Below are positions 26,699-37,591 of a stretch of 64,000 bases of DNA, piece by piece. The translations under genes were made by a program, and so were the position numbers. The stretch lies in contig NC_087245.1 of assembly GCF_037042905.1 (NCBI RefSeq), positions 29,700,001 through 29,764,000 on the forward strand. The letters are read 5' to 3'. This DNA is from Lytechinus pictus (taxonomy: Eukaryota). The notes below the pieces were generated by a model that was given only the letters and a program-made list of their open reading frames with translations, was not told where the DNA came from and did no database searches. Each line of letters opens with the position of its first letter. The first letter of the stretch is position 1.

Positions 26699-26976
26699 CC
26701 AGGGCCCCGTCTTACAAAGAGTAACAATTGATCCAATCAATCGTAACTCTATGGAAATCCATCAGTGTCATAATTTTTCTACAGGAAATTTGCACAATGT
26801 CGTATGTAAACAAAGGAGAACACATCAAATTGTCAAGAAATCAATGAATTTATGGATATACATTCATATGTAGAGAATTTTTTTTAGCAAACATGCATTT
26901 TATATGTTGACTTTGCTGGCTTTCCATATTTGCAATTGATTGGATCAATCACAACTCTTTGTAAGACGGGCCCCAG
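26699..26976 (+). mobile_element. MITE with GGGCCCCGTCTTACAAAGAGT TIRs
   Basis: TIRs at both ends; inverted diverged copy at about 29895-30163. Confidence 0.8.
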
Positions 26977-27365
26977 ATTGTATGCAGCTCGAAACAATGT
27001 GGCTTGGCAATACGGACTGTGTTCATGAATTCAGAATTTGTCTACATTATGGTAAATGCACATCTAAGTCAGTGCAGTGCCTGCACCTGGGTAACCTAGG
27101 AAACGAGACCTTTGACCAGAGAGTAACTAACATTATTTGACAGTCCCATTCATGAATAAAAAAAAGAGATCGGATGTGGATCGAGTGCGACTTGAGTTGT
27201 CCTACAAGCAAAAGGAGGACTCAAATAATGCAGCTTATTCTGATCAACCTGACATGAATTAATATAACTCGCATCCATGAATTAATCAAAGGGGGTAGTA
27301 GAAGGCATCAAATTATTTGTGATTGGGTAACATTTTTAGGTTTTACAGAAGGTTCAATTCTAATA

Positions 27366-27512
27366 CCTGGGTCCATTTACATGTAACACAAGGGTTAGCA
27401 ATTAATTGTGCTCTTGATTGTCATGATTAATTGTACATTGTAGTTAATGCAATCAATCGGTAAAAAAAAAAGTTTATGATGATTGCTAAAGCTTTGTGTT
27501 ACGGGCACCTGG
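27366..27512. mobile_element. Small degenerate MITE
   Basis: gtaacacaagggttagcaat and attgctaaagctttgtgttac inverted ends, bounded by cctggg and cctgg. Confidence 0.5.
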
Positions 27513-29447
27513 AAATGGTATGAACCAGCAATGATACAACATACCGTAATCTTTCCCTGTCATGGCTTGAAAATATAGTAGTAAAGCACACAAACCAGAT
27601 ATGAGAAACTATATTACTTGAGTTTTATACCCATTGATGGTTTCTGACAAGACAGGGTTTGAAATGTCACAAGTTTCGGAGTTGTAAAGATTACTTTTGA
27701 CAAGAGCCTTCTCCCAATTCACTCTATTCCCCAAATTTTGCAAATTACATGTATATTTTCTTTCAAGAATACTGTAATCATATAACTGATGCCAACTCCA
27801 TCTCCTGTGAGCGTGTATCGGATTTGTAGGGCAGTAAAATCAACATGAAAAAAAAGTAATTTGATCCTGATAAAAGTAGTGGGATTTGTTTAATACTCTA
27901 TTTTGTTTTGAATTTGATTGACAAGCCGAGTATGACTGTGCCATGAAAGGATGTTTCATGTCAGAAATTGTTCCATGAAAATGCAGGAAAAAAGGGAAGT
28001 GGGTTTTAAAAGAAATTATGATTGATATTGAGGAAAACATAACCAATTATTGTTCTGAGTAATATAGAATAGTGTAAACCTTAAAAGGTTATCAATGTTT
28101 TGTTGTTGGTATAGTTAATCAGCTTGTATAATTGACAATGATAAAATATTTCAATAATAATATTCATAATAATTTATAATAGATATTAATGATATCTATT
28201 CAAAGAGAACTAAAATGCATTAAAAAATTGTCTTCTACACTTTAATATACGAATCAACATTTTAAGCAAAATTTAAACACCGGTATCCAGTTGAGTGACA
28301 ATGGTTCTACTATCCATTATTCATGAGGATTATACTTTATATTATTACATTATTTCTAGCTATAATACTCAAAGCAAGAGCTAGACTAATCCTTTAGACT
28401 ATTAAAACATATACAGTGCATTATCATGATGCAAGATGCAGAAAGTTTGTCAACATACCTCAAACATTGAGAAACTAACATTTATGAGGTTGATACTGTT
28501 TGTCACTTTTCATAAAGGAGGTATTATTCCTTACTAATATCTGGATTATCTGCCTCCAGATATTTGCATGTTCTTGAACTATCTTTATCCGACCCTCAAT
28601 AGCTATGGTAGAACTATAAGCTTTGATTGACATCAAGTATCCAAGTCTATAGACACATAATTGATGGGATACCTATGAATGACTTTCAGTGACAGCCCGA
28701 GGGTGCTCCAAAATGAAAAGTGCGGATGATACTCTTCAAGAGCGCATAGACTAGGAACTTCTTTTTTTCCTTTCAGGAGTACATGAATGTGCTGAATCCC
28801 CTTCTGATAGGAACAGGTGTGTAGAGTAATGCCTCCCAAGTGGTGGGATCAAACCAGGTGGGATAATACCAAGGGGTATAAAGGGATCACTCTATGGGGG
28901 TAATGTGACTGAGAATATGGGTGCAGAGAAGGGCGGGGCAGGGGAGCATTTCCCACAGGATTTTCTCAAGATCATGATATAGGCTACCTATCATACTATC
29001 ATATAATTTCATAATATTTGAAAGACAACATAAAAAAGCTGAAGAAGCTATTAGGGTGGGACAATTAAAAATCTTGAACTTCAAACTTCTCTCACAACTC
29101 CTTTATACCCCAAGGGAAAGGGGGAGGGGGGCACTCAAAGATTGGTTCTGTTGGGTTTTTAAAGCTGAAGCTACAAATCATTAGTTGTTTAATAGATGGA
29201 AGAGGGTACTCATTACATTTTTATTATTGATAAATTAATACCCTTTTAAAAACTTTTGTGGTGAAATGAGCAAAAATCAAACAGTAAAATGTCAAGCCCC
29301 ATAATAACAGACAGTTTTGTTTCTGGACCATCAGTTCAAATCAAACTTAATCGAAAACAAAGAGGTGACATTTGATGTTCTGTTCATCTTGCTCCCTCTT
29401 TCTCTGCCTGTCTCTATTGCATTTATTATTCTGATTAATATGCCTAC

Positions 29448-29532
29448 CTTATTCTTGGTCTGTGGAGGGGCATGTAGAGGTTTGATCATAGGAAGCATAG
29501 TCCGATAAGGGTCCCTCCTCTCAGAACCAGAC
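29448..29532 (-). CDS. Internal coding exon, 85 nt, phase 2 to 0: (x)SGSERRDPYRTMLPMIKPLHAPPQTKNK
   Basis: Acceptor ttttcttcaatgtttttgctgtctgtag at 29533; donor AAG|GTAGGC at 29447; only one open frame, and it fits both upstream phase-2 exons. Confidence 0.7.
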
Positions 29533-29894
29533 CTACAGACAGCAAAAACATTGAAGAAAATATACAAGGATTAACAACAAATCAACAATGACATTTAAAT
29601 AATAATAATAGTGTTGACCCTGAAACAACAATAATAAAGGGAATAATAACAATCAATATATACTCTAAAAACAACCTATTTAAATTTGAATAACTATTTT
29701 TTTAAAAGGATCGGTCAAAATAACCAATGATTTGATAAATATGTACCCCCATTGACAAAATTGGTCCAAATCAATAGTAGATTATCTACCAGAACACTAA
29801 TAACTTCGACCAATCCTTTTTAAGAATGTACTTATCAGACACTAAATGGCAATGCTTATAAAAAAACATTGATTTAACTTCTAAAAATCAAAGC

Positions 29895-30163
29895 TGTAAG
29901 TCCTGCCAAAGAGTAACGATTGATCCGATCAAGCACAACTATGGAAAGCCAGCAATGTCAACATCTTAAATACATGTTCAAAATATTTTCTAGATGTGAT
30001 GAATAATCATACATTCATTGTTTACTTGAAAATTCAGTGTGCTTCTCGTTGTTTACAAAGGACATCCTTCAAATTTCCTGGAGAAATAATTATGACATTC
30101 TTGGATTTCCATTTAGTTTAAATTGATCGGATCAATCGTAACTCTTTGTAAGACAGGGCCCTG
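29895..30163 (-). mobile_element. Inverted copy of the 26699 MITE
   Basis: Interior is the reverse complement of 26750-26930; ends ctttgtaagacagggccctg. Confidence 0.75.
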
Positions 30164-30856
30164 ATTGTTGTCTTTGTCTGTGATGTGTTGTAAAAATGGA
30201 TCCCAGAAACATTGTATCTCACTATCATTATTCAATCGCTTCAAGAAAGTGAAAATGTACAAATGCCTGAACGTACCATCCCAATTTCATTATACTATGT
30301 ATTACAATATAAGAGTCCCCAGCAAAAAATAATAAATGATGACTTTTCAGTCACAGATATCTTGAAAGTCTCTGCACACATTTGATTAAAAAATTGAAAG
30401 TGATTTTATTTGTGTAGGGGATCGATACATCATCAGATGAATCATTTCATACCCCCTTCCATATAGAAAAAAATATATTCCTCATGTTCCATAATAAATG
30501 GAATTTATGACATTTATATCTGGGAGCTGCTTGCATATGACATACATATTATAAAGTTTTAAAAAATATAGCCATGTATTTTAAACTCCCTTTTACTTTG
30601 ATGGATTTTCATCAAATATTAAACCAGCACAAATATATTGATCTTTTATTTTATTTTTTTAAATATTTCTTTTGATGTAATAAAAAACAACTTACCACTA
30701 TAACTTCCCCTTTTAAGTTTAAATTCAGATTGCTTTCCTTAAAAAAAAACAGAGTTTGTGTGTGCAGTACATGATACATAAGGTATTCTGCCCCATGGAT
30801 TGATCATGGTAAACCCAGCTTTAATAGCAATTTGAATTACCTTTTTCACCTCTATA

Positions 30857-31750
30857 GGGCCGTCTGCACCATCCCGAAGTTTCAAATTAGCGCGCTATTT
30901 CTGATCCGGCAAATTATCCCGATCTGAAAAATCTCGAGATAGTTGGCGGTGCAGACGCAATTATCGCGCTAGTTCGTAGGATTAATCTCGAGATTGCAAT
31001 CCCAAGTCAACTCGGGTTTATTTGCAAAATAGCGCGCTATTTTACGAATTATCCCGCTAATTCGTCGGTGCAGACGCACTCGAGATTGGACTCGGGGTAA
31101 TTTATTCATGACGTCAGTCCATAATGCAATTCGCGTTGTTCCACTTCCGCCTTGGTCAAAACATAAACACGTGCGAAAGTCAACTTTATACATGCGAATA
31201 GCGTTCATAAGCAACGATGGTGTCCCCACCAGTGAATGGATTTTGGGAGAGACCCCGGGAGAGACCAGACCGAAGGGGGAGGCGCTCATCGCATCGACGA
31301 TGGTCATATTCAATAACAACACTGACAGCAGTGTTGTCTTATTCCTTCGCAAAATGTGAGCAAATAGCATTTCTTTCCTCCTTCTCCCTCTCTCTCTCTC
31401 TGTCGTTGCCTCCTACTCCGCCATCATATTTCACGAAGAATACATCACTTCTTCACTCGCTGAGCTGAAAGGATTGTTGCATAACACCGGTTGAATTCGG
31501 CGAAAGTACTAGTGAAAGGAGTTCATTGCTTGCATATCGCGGGAAGTTATTCAAAAGCGCGGGCCGTTGAAACTCCAATATCCGAAAGTGCGCATGCCCG
31601 GAATATCGGGCTTGTTGCCTCGCTCGAGCAGATATAGCTCCTCGTGGGATGGTGCAGACGGGGTTTCTTGAATCTCGAGATTAATCGCGAAGAGGGCTGA
31701 TCGGGCTAAAATCTCGAGATTGAGCAAACTCGGGATGGTGCAGCACCGCC
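30857..31750. mobile_element. PIF/Harbinger-like non-autonomous element
   Basis: TIRs GGGCCGTCTGCACCATCCCGA and TCGGGATGGTGCAGCACCGCC; repeated ggtgcagacg and aatctcgagat subterminal motifs; CpG-rich; ta/tta flanks. Confidence 0.75.
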
Positions 31751-32048
31751 TTATTAGGTGTTAAGAACCAGGAATTACTGATCTATCTTTACATACAATA
31801 TCTGGTTAAGACCAATACCCTAATCATATCTTTGGGCTATGGAATGGAATTCTGAAGAATAAAACCACTAAAGGTCCAACAGATGAAGTTAAGGTATTTA
31901 AAAATGAATGAGTCAAATATGCATTCTGGCAAGAAACCTTTTATAATGAATGTAGGTACAAGTATTATTCAAGTACTTGTATAACTTCTTAATTACAAGA
32001 GCAAAAGGTTTAATGGCTACACAGTAAGAATGCTACTGTTTACAATAG

Positions 32049-32472
32049 CAGGGTGCTACATAACTTTTTAGAAGCACTTGCCCAGTCAGGCAAGTAAATT
32101 TTTTTAATAGTTGGAATATACTTGCCCAAAAATCTATTTCACTTGCCCCAAAAAATCCTTGAAAAAAAAGTTTTAACTCTTCACAAAAAAGTTTTGCGGT
32201 TTATAAACCATTGACCTTTTTCTCTCTTTTGTCATGAACTGATCTACCTTGTTATTGCATTTCTTTTTCCAAGGTGTTTTTATCTTGCCTGCTATGACCA
32301 AAATTAGGGTCAATATCACATCATATTGACCCTAATTTTGGTCATTCTACTGTGAGAATTTTGCTTGCCCAATTCGGGCAAGTTGCTTAGGTCTTTACTT
32401 CAAAACTTGCCCGACTCTAACTTTTACTTGCCCCGGGTAATCGGGGAAGTGCTTACAGTATGTAGCACCCTG
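32049..32472. mobile_element. CAGGG-ended (hAT-like) MITE
   Basis: TIRs CAGGGTGCTACATA and TATGTAGCACCCTG; repeated cttgccc/ggcaag motifs; flanks caatag and caacag. Confidence 0.75.
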
Positions 32473-32669
32473 CAACAGGAACCTTACAGTAGTTGTTTAT
32501 TAACAGTTTAAACAACCATCCTTCCTTTATTGAGTGTAGATGCTGTATCAAACAGACCATAGTCATGTTTGCTGTGACAGTAATATGCAAATGAAGTTTA
32601 ATCATCCTGACCAATAATTTTTTACACAAATTACACTTTATCGAGTTTATTCATAATATGTGAAAGTAT

Positions 32670-32733
32670 CATGGTCGAGTGGTTCAGACGAGCCCTTTAA
32701 ATCATAGGGTCATTGGTTTGAATCCCAGCCATG
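32670..32733 (+). mobile_element. Degenerate tRNA-derived SINE head
   Basis: tggtcgagtggt (A box) ... ggtttgaatccc (B box); no complete cloverleaf. Confidence 0.45.
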
Positions 32734-34360
32734 TAGCTACAGTACATGGAGGTGTTCCATGATAATCATCATCAATGAATGGGTACAGATCTCGAGCTAG
32801 CTGCACCAGACAAGTGGGTCAAATTGACTAGATCATTAGTCGACTGGGTAAAACTCAGATGTCATCGTATTTCTACCGTATCCTAGTCAGAAATGACTTT
32901 GATTTGGCTAGAAAATAGTGAATTAAAACAACAGTTGCAATTAGCAAATCTAGTCATTTTTTATTGATTTGTTTAAGAGCGCAGACTGTCCCATTTTACA
33001 ACTTTTTACAAGTCACAGGATCCAGCATTACTACGGAAGCACCTGTATTTACAGGAGCAGATGATAATCGCTTTGAAGTTTGTTTGCTATCTTCATGTAA
33101 TCCCTTTTGCAAAGTCATTAACATGCTTATGCAGAAATGGCTTCACAATTTAGTGCAAAAGATTTTGAAAAGAGCTTTTAGACCAGAAATGTTTTAATTG
33201 TAAATATTATACTTTACAAACTATAATATTAACAGCTTTTGTTGTTTGTAATAGAATACCGAAACATTCTTACTCTAATTGTACTGTTGTGTATATTAAA
33301 GATGTTCCATTTTACACTCTACGCACTGACATCACAATGGATGAACAGGCGATTAATCAGCTGTAGGATTGAGCTGAAAATGACATGGGTTTTGAATAAA
33401 GTGCAGCATTTATTGTACTTCTCAAGTTTGTTATTGAAATTTCACATTTTTAGATAATTGGCTTTTTGTTATCTTTCACATCTTTAAGAACTGAGAGTGC
33501 TGTTAGACTTAAAGGAGCAAACAAATAGCAATGTAAATGAATTATCCATCTTATGGATAAAATTATTTATTATTATTTATTATGCTAAAGTATCTATAGC
33601 AAAGTTTGGTGAAAATGACATGGATTTCACTTTAACTGTGAAATGTCCATCTCTCCCATGGGCTGTCTGCCTGTCTGTCTATGTCTCTTTATCTCTCTCT
33701 TTCTATTTGCACATGTTCTGATGTGTCCTTTGACCTTTGCAGCCAAAGTCTTTTACAGTGACAAGCTTCTAATATTTTGTTGAGAAAAGCACAAGTTATT
33801 ATATCAGCTCAATGAGTGGAAGTTATAAAGAGCCCTGTAATTTAATCACAACCTCTTCTGTAAAAAATCATGAAATTTTCATTGATTAGATATTGAGCAC
33901 ACATGCACTTATACTCTCCTCCTCTCACTTTCTGCTTTGTGACACAACAATCTTGGAAAGCAAAGAGAGCTTTCCTTCCACTTCCAGTTACATGACCCAC
34001 ACATACATCATTGTATACATGTAAGAATACATAAGTCATGGGTAGCAATTTCCATTTAAAAAAAAAAGTTTTTCAAACAAATAATTCAGATTTCTTACTT
34101 TGAGTGGATGTGAATATATTCCAACCAGTTTAATAATGCAATACTTTCTCAGCCTAATACATGTATGAACATATAAAGACAAAGTGCCTCTAAAGTTTCT
34201 TTCAACAGATACACAGTTAGAAAGGGAAAATCTCATCCGTGTGATAAGTACCCACTATAAAAAAGTACGGCAAACCACTAAATTTTAGATTATCGGCTTT
34301 GTGTCAAAAGGAAACCCCAAACTGATGTGAAAAGCCGATTATAGAGATGGTTTGGAGCTG

Positions 34361-34393
34361 CTGGCATTTGGTTGCCTGGCAACCAAATGCCAG
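34361..34393. promoter_or_regulatory. Perfect 33-bp palindrome centred on an RFX X-box-like site
   Basis: CTGGCATTTGGTTGCC-T-GGCAACCAAATGCCAG; core GTTGCC-N-GGCAAC. Confidence 0.5.
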
Positions 34394-35423
34394 GGACTAT
34401 AGTCTATACTGAAAGAGGAACTTTGTTGGGGTTTCTTTCAAATGACAGAAATTCCTCAAAGATCTAAATCATTCAGAGTTAATTTGGTGTTTATAAAACA
34501 TTATTGATTGTGATATTTGTACTTTGAAGGCGGCAAGATACTATCAATTATAGTTATGCATGGTAATGGAAAGGTTGTCATGGGAACAGCACAATCATTT
34601 TGAAATAATATTTTTATACACCAGGACAGGGTCAATTAAAGATGATCTATCACTCCAATCTGATAGAATTCATACAATTGAATAAAATATGAAGTACATT
34701 GTACAATTGTGTATGGGCCATTAGATGTTCAGCTATATCGTCAATAAAATATGTAACACTGTACATTTGATCCACCAATTATCACATGCACTCTAAAAAT
34801 AAGCAGTTTATTATTATCATGATAATTAAGATTGTCATCAAAGCTCTATATACATGAAAAATACCAATAGAGGGCGATTAACAGTATTGTTAGCTACCCC
34901 CCAAAAAAAATCTGTAACAGAGTAATTTATAGATGTTGAGACACAATTCCTGTAATCTTTTAAAGGGTGTACTAGACTAAAAGTTATGTTTGAGGCTTTT
35001 ATTTTTTAGAGGCATTTTCGACAAAAAAACACACACTCCTTTCTACCCAACATTGGGTAATTTTTTTTCATTCAACCACTGCTCAGAGGGTGCAGTCCTA
35101 CAGTTGATTCACAGTTTTAAGATTTCAACATGTTGATACAAGATTACTACAAATTTTGGGAGTCTAGACAGTTTTCTTTTGTCTTTCAAGTTTCAAGTAA
35201 TGAAATAATGATGATATTTACCAAGAGCCTGTATTATGATGAAGGGTGCCTGTGTCTGAGTCTGTCAATAGTGTCTCGACTGTACTTCAAAATACCAATC
35301 TAAAGACTTGACTGCTGGCAAACTTCTAGATTAAGCCGATTCAAGATATTTTTAATTAGATTTCAAGAAACATCTACTTGAATAGGAGAGGATTGGTAAT
35401 ATATGGGGGTGTCTCACAAGGAG

Positions 35424-36015
35424 TTAAAGGACAAGTCCACCCAAACAAATAGTTGATTGGAATATAAAGAGAAATATCAAACAAGCATAACACAGAAAAT
35501 ATCATCAAAATCAGTCGTAAAATAAGGAAGTTATGACATTTTAAAATTTTGCTTAATTTCACAAAAGAGTTATATGCACATCCTGGTAAAAATGCAAATA
35601 AGGGGACTGATGACATCATCCACTCACTATTTTTCGTATTTTACTATAAGAAATATTCTATTTTTTCCCCATTGTCCTGTAAAACAAAGTTTATTCCTCC
35701 CTGAACGTTTGGAATTATCACTGTTTTAACATTTTGTGGTTCAGTCAAGTTGGTCCTTGTTGTCAAATCTAAATTGAAATATTGCATAATTCAATCAATA
35801 AAAAACAAAAGAAATAATGAGGGACATCGTTGACCCTCTTATTTGCATATCCTTGAGTTGTACATATAACTGTTTTGTGAAAAATAAGCTTAACTTCAAA
35901 ATATCATAACCTTCTTACTTTACATCCAATTTTGATGAAATTTTCAGCATTATGCTTCTTGATTTTTCTCTAATGATTCAGATCAACATATTTCTGGGGT
36001 GGAATTGACCTTCAA
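35424..36015 (+). mobile_element. Family A MITE (Kolobok/T2-like)
   Basis: TTAA|AGGACAAGTCCACCC ... GGGGTGGAATTGACCT|TCAA. Confidence 0.9.
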
Positions 36016-36135
36016 GTGTGACTTTGAGTCATGTAACATGCAACCTTATTGATTAATATGCAGGAGCATGCATCCTCTTCGGCATGATTTGAATGCAGTG
36101 AAGTCTTTATACCACACAAACCTGGGAATTTAATA

Positions 36136-36510
36136 CCCCTTTCATAAACCCAATTATGCGGCTAATAGCAGCATAATTTGGTCGGAAATCGGAGGAGGAC
36201 CAGAGTTATCCGCATTATTTTGATGCTGCAATTATCCGCATAATAGCGGCATCGGGACCAGATTTTGACTTTATGAACGCATTTTCAAATAATGCGGATA
36301 ATTGCCATGGTGCGGTCACAAGGTCACCCTTTTCCAACACAACCGCATCGGAGGGGGCGTGTGCAGTTGTCATGACGATTATCCGCCTTTTTCAGGACGG
36401 GCGCTCGTAAAAATAGTGCGGATTATTTTCTGAGTTTGTGAACGCAATTTTTATTGTATTATCCGCATTACTCTTAGGCGGCTAATTGGAGGATGGGTTT
36501 ATGAAAGGGG
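36136..36510. mobile_element. TA-flanked MITE with CCCCTTTCATAAACCCA TIRs
   Basis: Perfect 17-bp TIRs; repeated attatccgcat/atgcgg motifs; CpG-rich, suggesting a young insertion. Confidence 0.85.
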
Positions 36511-37154
36511 TATAAGTGCAACTTCAAGTCACACTGAACTCTTTTTGAAACACCCCCTGGGTAAGTTTCTTCTTCCTCTTTGGAATAAGAGGGGTTTTTT
36601 AAGTTTGATCATATGATTGAATATTGAATGGAAAAATGAGAGAGTGGTCATTGAATTAATCTTGAAATTTCAAAGATGACTGAATTTTCATGAAAGTCTT
36701 AAGAACCCTTGAATGAATATACCCTCCTAGCAATTAGAATACAGATATCCTTCACATGATAAACATGGCACAACAGAAGCTAAAAATATATGCCTTGATC
36801 CTAGGTTTTTGGAGATTAGACTTTTCATTGAATAAACCTAATCTGTTAAGATGTAAACTCTCATCTTATCTGTATTAAGCTCTTTTACTGTAAATAGAAG
36901 AAAGATTTAATTCTTATCAGTAGTAATAAATCCTTCCATCTTTACCCATCAGACAGGAACCATTTCATGTTTTCATAATATCTGCACTCATCTTCTCTAC
37001 TTCAAAGCTGAATTGGGGCAGGTTCATAACAATTATTTAAGCCTGACACACAAACATGAATGTTTCCTTGGCAGGATGTTTCCTTACACCTCCAATTGCA
37101 TCAGTTTGATGACAGCTCAGAAATAGCTCTATCAGTCTATTATAGAGGTTTGAC

Positions 37155-37591
37155 TTACAGGGGAAGTGATGGTTTGAGAAAAATCCATGTAAGTTTAAGA
37201 AAGTTATTGAAATTCTATTTTTTTTTTATTTGTGATGTCATATACGAGCAGCTGCCCCATATGCTATATAATATAAATTTCAATACTTCGATCATTCATA
37301 CTGACTAAAAATGTTCTACTTCCAAAGATCGGGTGTAAAATGATTTGTATGTTGATATACTGAAGGTACAATAAAACAAAAAAAGAAAGATTGTTTTTAG
37401 AAAATGACATTTCATTGTTTATTTCAATTCATGATACATAGATAGACCCTGCTCACATATGCCATCCAAATAAAAAAAATAAAATTCTAATAACTTTTTA
37501 AATCTTTGATGGATTTCCCTCAAACCTTCATCAACATTTTTTCCATTCTTTTTTTATTTTTACTTTTTGTCAGGGTGAACTTCCCCTTCAA
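37155..37591. mobile_element. Old Kolobok-like MITE (AGGGGAAGT...ACTTCCCCT)
   Basis: ttac|aggggaagt and gggtgaacttcccct|tcaa ends; related remnant at about 30400-30716. Confidence 0.5.

Larger units (their letters stand above)
35405..36557. mobile_element. Host MITE (GGGGGTGT.TCACAA.GAGTTAAGTGTGACTT TIR) split by two nested insertions
   Basis: Left TIR breaks at TTAA 35424 and resumes aagtgtgactt at about 36014; right TIR aagtcacactgaactctttttgaaacaccccc. Confidence 0.7.

Noticed and set aside
28680..28970. GC-richer block with a plus-strand tttcag...gtgtgt exon-like segment
   Set aside because: No partner plus-strand exons were found and no coherent frame; left unexplained.
29448..29532. 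Naming the gene from its N-terminal peptides
   Set aside because: No recognisable domain lies within the window; any symbol would be a guess.
32670..32733. Possible tRNA genes, also at 278 and 60952
   Set aside because: A/B boxes only, with no convincing acceptor stem or full cloverleaf; better explained as SINE heads.
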